DNA of 32,000 nucleotides from Caldivirga maquilingensis IC-167 (lineage in GTDB: Archaea > Thermoproteota > Thermoprotei > Thermoproteales > Thermocladiaceae). Each line of letters starts with the position of its first letter. Position 1 is the first letter of the stretch. Of the stretch, positions 25,734 through 32,000 are shown one piece after another. The position numbers were made by a program, and so were the translations under genes. Where the stretch lies: contig NC_009954.1 of the NCBI RefSeq assembly GCF_000018305.1, positions 870,001-902,000 on the forward strand, in the 5' to 3' direction. The notes under the pieces were generated by a model that was not told the DNA's origin, did not search any database, and worked only from the letters and a program-made list of their open reading frames with translations.

Positions 25734-27211
25734 ACGGAATCTATGTCAATACCATATAGGGCGGCGTAGACGAAATCAGACACACCCCTGAACTTCAAGG
25801 GAACCTTATGATACTCTATCACTAGAGGGAACTGGGCCTTATCAATACTACAGGGCGCAACCATGTACTGTGCCCCAGTGCGGTAGGCATCGTACACCGA
25901 TGGCCAACCTGCCCAAACCCTTAGGGGCATTAATTCATCAAGCAGTAACCCGCCACCAGCCCCACAGCATAGGGTTCTCTCCCTATTATGCTCCCTCTCC
26001 CTAAATTCCTTAACAGTTGACTTAAGTATCTCCCTGGGTTCCTCAATTAAGTCCCCTGCCCTGGCTAGGTTACATGGGTCATGGTAAGTCACCACTGCAT
26101 CAACCTTATTGCTTATCTTCAATTTACCCTTCTTAAGAGCCCATGCCGTTAACTGCGTTATGGAGATTCCATTAATGCCATGTTCAGCAAGCCTGGGGAC
26201 TACGTAGTTCTTAAAGGCTCTCCACCCATGTCCACATTCCCCGAATACAACTACCTTAGCCTTCCTCCTCAAGGCCGCATTAACAATATTATCCCCAAAC
26301 CTCCTTAAGTGGTATTCATCCTCAAAGAGCCCGAAGTTACCCACCTCAAGGGCCTGGGAGTCCATTGTCCAATTAAGACCAAGCTCAGTCATTACTGCTA
26401 TAGCCCCCTTTAACGTACCAATGTTAGTGAAGAAGTCGGTGGATGATGGTATGTAGAGTACATCAGCCTTATCCTTATCCACCACCCCCTCCATTTTCCT
26501 ACCAGTCTGCTCACTTATCTCACTAACAGTGAAGTCTATTACATTAAGTGCTGCATCCTTAGTAATACACATGTTATTGCCAGTCTTATAAACACACTCC
26601 ATTGTCTTAGCTATGAAGGGGGGCATCATACCCATTTCAACGAATATTTGCCTAATAGACCTAGTTATCTCAGCTTGATCAATGCCAAAGGGACAGAAGT
26701 ACGCGCATCTCCTGCATTCAGTGCACTGGTAGTAGTAGGTCCATATCTTATCCAAGTCAACACTATCCATTAACCGCTTTAATTCCTCCTCATCACTCAA
26801 CTTATCCACTAGGCCAAAGGTTAATTTACGCATCCTCCTGTATATGTTTCTAATTAAGTCAGCCCTACCAACGGGGCTATTATTGGGGTCCCTTGTGGCC
26901 AGCCACATTTGGCATTTATCTATACAGAAGCCACAGTGGGTGCATGACTCCATGTAGTTTCTAAAAGCCCTACTACTCCTTGCTAATTCCCCTATCCTAT
27001 TAATGAAGTAGAGTTTCCTATCACTTAAATTAGGCTTAACCTTAGTTAATTTATTCATCTCTATTGTACCTAATGTACCTTCATCAGCCTCAACCCTAGC
27101 CTTCAAGTGACCACTACCTTTACTGAACTCCTTAACCCACTCACTGTAGCGTGGGCTAGTCTCCAGTATATCCTTGTCCTCACCCTTATACTTAACTTTA
27201 ACATTAACCAT
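25730..27211 (-). CDS. dsrK: DsrK, HdrD-like Fe-S/CCG-domain subunit of the DsrMK complex
   Basis: It has two ferredoxin-type motifs, CTHCGFCIDKC and CTECRRCAYFCP, and CCG-domain motifs HDPCNLAR and LCCGAGGG. The track start at 27274 overlaps dsrM by 71 nt. The ATG at 27209-27211 (MVNVKVKYKG) leaves only an 8-nt overlap and is preferred. Confidence 0.8.
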   Translation of the reverse strand: MVNVKVKYKGEDKDILETSPRYSEWVKEFSKGSGHLKARVEADEGTLGTIEMNKLTKVKPNLSDRKLYFINRIGELARSSRAFRNYMESCTHCGFCIDKCQMWLATRDPNNSPVGRADLIRNIYRRMRKLTFGLVDKLSDEEELKRLMDSVDLDKIWTYYYQCTECRRCAYFCPFGIDQAEITRSIRQIFVEMGMMPPFIAKTMECVYKTGNNMCITKDAALNVIDFTVSEISEQTGRKMEGVVDKDKADVLYIPSSTDFFTNIGTLKGAIAVMTELGLNWTMDSQALEVGNFGLFEDEYHLRRFGDNIVNAALRRKAKVVVFGECGHGWRAFKNYVVPRLAEHGINGISITQLTAWALKKGKLKISNKVDAVVTYHDPCNLARAGDLIEEPREILKSTVKEFREREHNRERTLCCGAGGGLLLDELMPLRVWAGWPSVYDAYRTGAQYMVAPCSIDKAQFPLVIEYHKVPLKFRGVSDFVYAALYGIDIDSV

Positions 27212-27989
27212 GACTACCACCCCAGATTCCCGTAACCCTCTCCTCAACTTCATTAACGTCTTCAAACTTACCATAAAGGGCTGGGTTAACGGGCATTGAG
27301 AATGGGTGAATCATCTTAGCGAAGGGGATATACATCATGAATAGTTCCACTGCAAGCACATGCGCGTAGAAGAGTAGGTTACTGGGTGGGGGGATGTATT
27401 TGAATGATACTAAGCCAAGAGCCCACTTAGTGGCTTCATTAAATAATGAGGAGGGTGCGGTTAATCTAAGAGCTAACCCAAGCACCACTATTGCTATGAC
27501 CCATGAGATCGCCACGTAATCATCAAGGTAATTAATGAAGACCCTATAAATCCTCTGAACCCTAATCCTCCTCACAAGTAGGAATACGCCTGCTGCAAGC
27601 GTTAATGCACCCACGGTGGTTCCTAGGATGAACATTAATTCTTCAGGGACCATTAATTCAGGTAACCATAGGTGTAGGTGGAAGGCGATTAGTAGGAATA
27701 TTCCCCAGTGAAATAGAAGTACGCCAAGCCAGGTTGAGTAATCCCTACGGTAGCTAGTGCCTAGTATCGTGTAGTATGTGAACATTCTGGCTAAAATATG
27801 TTTAACCGAACCAAGGAAGCTTTCCTGCCTTGGCCTAATCACAAGCCTGTATAAACCTAGGTAAAGCCCAAGTGGACCCTTACCGGCATTAATCCATAGG
27901 GCAATCCTATACGATACACCGCATACTAGTACTATTAATGATACGTATGGTAGTATGAAGTATAAGGAGTACGTTACCGCATTGTACAT
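27204..27989 (-). CDS. dsrM: DsrM, NarI-like membrane di-heme cytochrome b subunit
   Basis: 261 aa, 5-6 TM segments, with conserved His in TM segments (LLFHWGIFLLIAFHLH; YAHVLAVELFMMYIPFAKMIHPF). It sits between dsrA and dsrK on the same strand. Confidence 0.7.
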   Translation of the reverse strand: MYNAVTYSLYFILPYVSLIVLVCGVSYRIALWINAGKGPLGLYLGLYRLVIRPRQESFLGSVKHILARMFTYYTILGTSYRRDYSTWLGVLLFHWGIFLLIAFHLHLWLPELMVPEELMFILGTTVGALTLAAGVFLLVRRIRVQRIYRVFINYLDDYVAISWVIAIVVLGLALRLTAPSSLFNEATKWALGLVSFKYIPPPSNLLFYAHVLAVELFMMYIPFAKMIHPFSMPVNPALYGKFEDVNEVEERVTGIWGGSHG

Positions 27990-27994
27990 TTAAG

Positions 27995-29287
27995 TCACTG
28001 CCATGACTCCATTGCCTTCTCCAAATCCTCAAGGTACTTTTTCTTCTGTTCCTCACTCATGTTGAAGAACGTTATGCCGTAGGTGTAGTATGGTTCAGTT
28101 GGCTTAGCCTTAGTTATCTTAGCGGCTAAGTCTGGGTCAAACTTAGCGAAGTCACTTAGGAAGCGGTGCCAAGTCACCCTTATCAATGTATCCCCAATCC
28201 TCTCCCTCCTCCAACCCTCCTCATCCCACTTAGGTACAATCCTATCCCTAATTACTTGGAACATGGTCATTAAAGCCTCCTCTAGTTTATCGGGGCTAGG
28301 CAGGGGTATGAATGGTATCAGTACCTTGGCTAACTTAGGCCCAGTCCTACTCTTAATGGTACCACCCACCAGTACAGTTAACCCCTTCTCCCTGCCGGGC
28401 TTAATGGCTGGGTAAGTCCTCCTAATGCATTCCATGCATTTAACGCACTTTGATCCATCAATGTTTAATCTCGATCCATCCCAACTAATGGCGCCAGTGG
28501 GGCATGATTTAACCAATTCCTCAACATCTCCACCTTCCTCAATCCACTGCTTCAGTCTCTCATTATCAATATCGGGTGCGCCTCTCCATGTACCAATCAC
28601 CACGTAGTCTGCCCTGGCTTGAGCCTTAAGGCAGTCTATTGGGCAGCCTGAGTACTTGAACTTTATCTTATACGGGAATTGAGGGTAGGTTGCCCAGTCT
28701 ATTAGACAACTATAAGTGAAGTCTCTGGCCTTCAACGTGTCGTATATTGCGTAGGGGCATAGTAATGGTCCTGGGCATGATACTGTGTTCCTCATTACAT
28801 CACCTGAACCACCTATGTCTAAGCCTATTCTCCTTAGGAATACATCTAATTCAATTAACTTCTCCCTAACTACGTTTAGCACTACATCACCTGTCCCTCC
28901 TATGAACTGCATTAAACCCCAGCCGTATCTTCTGGATGCCTCAATTAGGAATCTAAGTAATGTTGTTGTGAAGACTTGGGCTGATGGGATTAGGACACGT
29001 GCGTGATCCTCGAAAATAGGTGGATTTATCCTAGTCCATGGGTGGCTCATCCTAGAGAGTACACCTGAGTATATTCCAGGGGCCTTAGCTGCACTTGTGG
29101 CCCATGGGGTTACACCGGCCACAAGCCCCATGCCGTATATGTAGACTGGGTACTTCGTCTTCTTGAGTTCAGTGACGTGGCTTGGCCATGGCCCCTTCTC
29201 TAATTCGGCTAAGTATTCCTCAACCTTCTCCTTAGGTGGTGGTTCAGGCCATAATGATGGATCTATCGGCAGTTCTTCAGAGGCCAT
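27995..29287 (-). CDS. dsrA: Dissimilatory sulfite reductase alpha subunit (DsrA)
   Basis: 430 aa. It has LEKGPWPSHVTELKKT near the N-terminus, FIGGTGD, DIGGSGDVMRN, the siroheme/[4Fe-4S] motif CPGPLLC...GCPIDC, and the ferredoxin insert SCPTGAI...CVKCMEC. Confidence 0.85.
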   Translation of the reverse strand: MASEELPIDPSLWPEPPPKEKVEEYLAELEKGPWPSHVTELKKTKYPVYIYGMGLVAGVTPWATSAAKAPGIYSGVLSRMSHPWTRINPPIFEDHARVLIPSAQVFTTTLLRFLIEASRRYGWGLMQFIGGTGDVVLNVVREKLIELDVFLRRIGLDIGGSGDVMRNTVSCPGPLLCPYAIYDTLKARDFTYSCLIDWATYPQFPYKIKFKYSGCPIDCLKAQARADYVVIGTWRGAPDIDNERLKQWIEEGGDVEELVKSCPTGAISWDGSRLNIDGSKCVKCMECIRRTYPAIKPGREKGLTVLVGGTIKSRTGPKLAKVLIPFIPLPSPDKLEEALMTMFQVIRDRIVPKWDEEGWRRERIGDTLIRVTWHRFLSDFAKFDPDLAAKITKAKPTEPYYTYGITFFNMSEEQKKKYLEDLEKAMESWQ

Positions 29288-29305
29288 ATGAGGTACTTTA
29301 ACTTT

Positions 29306-29315
29306 GTTTAAAAAC
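29306..29315 (-). promoter_or_regulatory. Putative TATA box for dsrA within the 66-bp dsrA/dsrB divergent spacer
   Basis: Minus-strand 'gtttttaaac' is centred about 23 nt upstream of the dsrA ATG (29285-29287). Confidence 0.35.
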
Positions 29316-29344
29316 CCTTATTCCTCATTAAATGTGAAATAATT

Positions 29345-29354
29345 CTAATATAAA
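29345..29354 (+). promoter_or_regulatory. Putative TATA box for dsrB, implying a start at 29375
   Basis: 'ctaatataaa' is centred about 25 nt upstream of the in-frame ATG at 29375, and it overlaps the first ATG of the ORF at 29354. Confidence 0.3.
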
Positions 29355-30586
29355 TGCCTGCAAACACCTCAAGCATGGGTGATACTGCGGATCAGAGGAC
29401 CAGGATAAGGATTGTGGTTCATAAGTTAGCCTTCAGGAGCGGTGACTTAACACCAGTTAATCACCCTGAGAAGCTTGCCCCAATACCATACACTAATTAT
29501 GTCCCCGAGACACTGCTTAGGAACATGGGTAAGTGGGTTAAGACTGAGTTAATAACCCCAGCCATAGTTAAGCATGTTTCAGAAACGGGTGAGGAGGTTT
29601 ACTCAGTTAAGGTTATTGGACCCCCAAACTCAAGGTTTAGTGCAGATACCCTTGAAAAGCTTTGCGACTTAGCCGACATGTACGGTATTGGTGTAATTAG
29701 ACCTACGCCACAGGGTAATGTTGAGATACTTACTGATGAGGAGGAGAGGGCTAGGAAGCTTGAGGAGGAGCTTAGGAAGAATGGCTTCCTAGTAGGTGGA
29801 TGGGGGAATCACCTGTGGAATATTCAACCATGCACAGCCTACTTAACCTGTACCACGGCTGTTATTGATGCACCAAGCATAGCTAAGGCACTTGGAGACG
29901 CATTAGTGGAGTATGTTTATGAGAAGGAGACTCCAGCCCACTTATCAATAAAGGTTTCAGGCTGTCCAAACGCCTGCGGTGGCGCTATTGATGTTGCCGA
30001 TGTCGCAGTGGTGGGTTACCCTGCTCAAACACCCATGGTTGATGATAAGTGGTTCTCAAGCATTGGATCACCATTAGATGTAACTGCAGCGTGCCCGGTT
30101 GGTGCAATAACCCCTAAGAGGGATCCATCAACAGGTAAGGCATATGGCATAGTAATTAGGCCTGAATTATGTATAGCCTGTGGTAGATGCCGTGATACTG
30201 TGGATGCCATTGTTTACGATCCCAAGAAGACTGGGGTAATGGTGCTTGTGGGTGGTAAGGCATCTAATACTGGGCCTAATGGTCAATTAATGAGTAGGAT
30301 AGTGGTCCCGTACATACCGAGTGAACCACCGAGGTGGCCGACCTTAGTTAAGGTTGTTAAGAGGATTGTGGATACTTGGGTTGTTAATGCCAATAAGGGT
30401 GAGCGTATTGGGGACTGGATAAGCAGGATTGGTTGGGATAAGTTCTTTGAGTTAACCGGGCTTCCTGACGTTAGGAAGTACTTAAGGTTCTCGGAGAAGC
30501 CTGGACCATTGTATCAACCCCTCTACAGGAGGAGGTTAACAGAGACCTACGCCTACCTATTCAGGGAGTACGCCAGTAAAATCTAA
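29354..30586 (+). CDS. dsrB: Dissimilatory sulfite reductase beta subunit (DsrB)
   Basis: 410 aa as the maximal ORF. The start may be Met8 at 29375. It has NMGKW, CTAYLTC...GCPNAC, the ferredoxin insert ACPVGAI...CIACGRC, and the highly DsrB-typical C-terminus PSEPPRWPTLVKVVKRIVDTWVVNANKGERIGDWISRIGWDKFFELTGL. Confidence 0.85.
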   Translation: MPANTSSMGDTADQRTRIRIVVHKLAFRSGDLTPVNHPEKLAPIPYTNYVPETLLRNMGKWVKTELITPAIVKHVSETGEEVYSVKVIGPPNSRFSADTLEKLCDLADMYGIGVIRPTPQGNVEILTDEEERARKLEEELRKNGFLVGGWGNHLWNIQPCTAYLTCTTAVIDAPSIAKALGDALVEYVYEKETPAHLSIKVSGCPNACGGAIDVADVAVVGYPAQTPMVDDKWFSSIGSPLDVTAACPVGAITPKRDPSTGKAYGIVIRPELCIACGRCRDTVDAIVYDPKKTGVMVLVGGKASNTGPNGQLMSRIVVPYIPSEPPRWPTLVKVVKRIVDTWVVNANKGERIGDWISRIGWDKFFELTGLPDVRKYLRFSEKPGPLYQPLYRRRLTETYAYLFREYASKI

Positions 30587-31122
30587 TTCCTCATAGTATT
30601 CCCCTCTCCCTTATACATGTTGTAGAGCCTACACAGTATTCTCCTAGTCATACCCCATATAATCATGTCCCCTAGAATTATGGCCTTTCTGGCGTTACCC
30701 TTAACCACAGTAACCTTGTCTGCGTTAGGTAATTCACTTAACTTAATCCACTTAAGGTACTCGAATTCACCACTAGCCGTGTTAACTACATCAACATTGC
30801 AGTCAACCTTAAACACTATGGGTAAGACGTTAAGGTTAGGCATATTCCTTGGGTGCTCAACATTAAGTACAGTCACCACTCTACCTACCTTCCTTAAATC
30901 TATCCCCGTCTCCTCCATGGTTTCCCTAATCGCAGTGTTAAGTAAATCCCCATCACTAGTCTCATAATGCCCACCAGGTAAGGCAGCGTCCCCGCTCCAT
31001 GGATCCCTTGGATTCATAACTCTCTTACCCACCAGTACCATGGCGTCTGGGCACTCCTTCAATATTACAGCAACCGCCGCCCATGCTTCCCCATTACTTG
31101 GCTTAAGTATGCTAGAGGCCAT
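30583..31122 (-). CDS. Nudix hydrolase
   Basis: 179 aa with a complete Nudix box, GGHYETSDGDLLNTAIRETMEETGI (G-x5-E-x7-REUxEExGU). Its stop codon overlaps the dsrB stop (CTAA at 30583-30586). Confidence 0.8.
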   Translation of the reverse strand: MASSILKPSNGEAWAAVAVILKECPDAMVLVGKRVMNPRDPWSGDAALPGGHYETSDGDLLNTAIRETMEETGIDLRKVGRVVTVLNVEHPRNMPNLNVLPIVFKVDCNVDVVNTASGEFEYLKWIKLSELPNADKVTVVKGNARKAIILGDMIIWGMTRRILCRLYNMYKGEGNTMRN

Positions 31123-31289
31123 AATTTATGCTTTGACCTAAGCACTCATTTAAACACTTTACCGTGACTTACTGGGGCTAGTGTGGATTATAGGTTAGTT
31201 ATAAAATAAATCTAGGGTTTTAAGCCTTTCACCAAGGACCTTCGGTATAGAAGTTTCCTTTAAGGCAGGTAAATAATGTCACTTTGATT

Positions 31290-31634
31290 TTACACGCAAC
31301 CAGTGGGTTTGGGTGCACCAGCAACCCTACAAGCTCCCTTAGCTGGCCCATTTGGGAATAATTGATATATCCTCTGAAGCGGTATTCCCGTTTCCTTAAC
31401 GAGCATCCTTATTGGTGGGCACATGCCGAATCTCTCCCAGTATTGTCTTAAGTACTTAACAACCTTCCAATGCTCATCCTTCATAACGCCCATTTGCCCA
31501 GTATCTGGGTCACGGCACTCCTCCCTGCATAGTATTTTAGCCACTTCCTCATTCCATGTTGATGGATCCTTTAGGAAACCATCCTCATCTAGCTCAATCT
31601 TCCTTCCGCCTACCTCCATGTACTTGAGGGACAT
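31290..31634 (-). CDS. dsrC: DsrC (TusE/DsrC family) with both C-terminal arm cysteines
   Basis: 114 aa. The C-terminus KGACRVAGAPKPTGCV has the penultimate Cys and a second Cys 11 residues upstream. The central region is the typical DEHWKVVKYLRQYW...PPIRML. Confidence 0.85.
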   Translation of the reverse strand: MSLKYMEVGGRKIELDEDGFLKDPSTWNEEVAKILCREECRDPDTGQMGVMKDEHWKVVKYLRQYWERFGMCPPIRMLVKETGIPLQRIYQLFPNGPAKGACRVAGAPKPTGCV

Positions 31635-31804
31635 GAGTGTTTCAGTATGGTTAATAATTAATCCTTAACTATTGTGAAGCCTTATGTGGCCTTTTATGAG
31701 GGTTTCTTTTTTAAACTTGAGTGCTTATAAATACTTAAAATATCACTTAGAATGGGGAAATTAACGTGAATAATCTTTAAGGCAAGTAATGTAGTACTAA
31801 GCTT

Positions 31805-32000
31805 ATGGGTAGCGTGAATGTAACTGATGATTATAGGGAGGAATTGAATGAAGTAGCCGCATTATGGGGTAGGGTAGTACCCTACTTAGATGAGCAGGAG
31901 TCAAGCATCCTAAAGGCTGTAGTGGAGAATAACGGTATAACACTCTACAGGTTATCAAGGGTAACTGGGTTAGCCTTCAGTACTGTTTTTAAGAAAACCA
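31805..32000 (+). CDS. Hypothetical protein, possible winged-helix/HTH DNA-binding protein (partial, runs off window end)
   Basis: Manual translation from ATG 31805 gives MGSVNVTDDYREELNEVAALWGRVVPYLDEQESSILKAVVENNGITLYRLSRVTGLAFSTVFKKT. The segment ESSILKAV..NNGITLYRLSRVTGLAFSTV resembles an HTH. The ORF is divergent from dsrC. Confidence 0.35.
   Translation, partial: MGSVNVTDDYREELNEVAALWGRVVPYLDEQESSILKAVVENNGITLYRLSRVTGLAFSTVFKKT

Noticed and set aside
29288-29353. Possibility that the dsrA/dsrB divergence reflects an invertible segment bounded by inverted repeats
   Set aside because: I found no matching inverted repeats flanking dsrB (29288-29353 versus 30587-30650) or flanking the dsrA-M-K block. 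Neither inversion would regenerate a canonical dsrAB order.
1-32000. CRISPR arrays, rRNA and tRNA genes
   Set aside because: I saw no regularly spaced direct repeats and no rRNA-like or cloverleaf-compatible GC-rich segments in any spacer. The only GC-rich noncoding-like block is the IS right end.

Overview
The window reads as a crenarchaeal chromosomal segment. A Thermoproteales source (Caldivirga/Vulcanisaeta-like) is my inference from gene content, AT-rich spacers and TATA boxes about 25 nt upstream of start codons; no search was run. I found no rRNA, tRNA or CRISPR array. Layout, left to right: (1) 1-1346, housekeeping genes: a partial Lrp/AsnC regulator and primase large subunit PriL. 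(2) 1.9-14 kb, a carbohydrate and amino-sugar region. It holds a GH4 glycosidase, a BadF-type sugar kinase, a SIS-only GlmS-C/GlmD-like isomerase-deaminase, and two PIG-L/LmbE deacetylase paralogs, one frameshifted in an A5 run. It also holds an APC permease, a metallophosphoesterase, a truncated uronate-isomerase-like remnant, a DegT-type aminotransferase and an atypical SDR. (3) 14-17.1 kb, a geranylgeranyl-reductase-family flavoprotein directly abutted by an apparently intact IS607-family element. The element has a serine-recombinase TnpA, a TnpB, and a structured GC-rich 3' end that may be an omega/reRNA. (4) 17.1-20.9 kb: AGOG 8-oxoG glycosylase, a small membrane protein, an M50 site-2 protease and a 2-hydroxyacid dehydrogenase. 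(5) 20.9-23.5 kb, a tandem pair of GH12-like endoglucanases with C-terminal Thr-rich stalks and TM anchors. The first has its signal peptide in another reading frame. (6) 23.6-25.7 kb: an MFS transporter and an alpha/beta hydrolase. (7) 25.7-31.6 kb, a dissimilatory sulfite reductase locus (dsrK, dsrM, dsrA, dsrB, dsrC) in which dsrA and dsrB are head-to-head and a Nudix gene sits between dsrB and dsrC. Most worth a second look: the divergent dsrA/dsrB arrangement, the mixed amino-sugar gene set, the two frame-disrupted genes, and the IS607/TnpB insertion that supplies the 5' context of the neighbouring gene. All functional calls come from motif recognition by eye, not from database searches.
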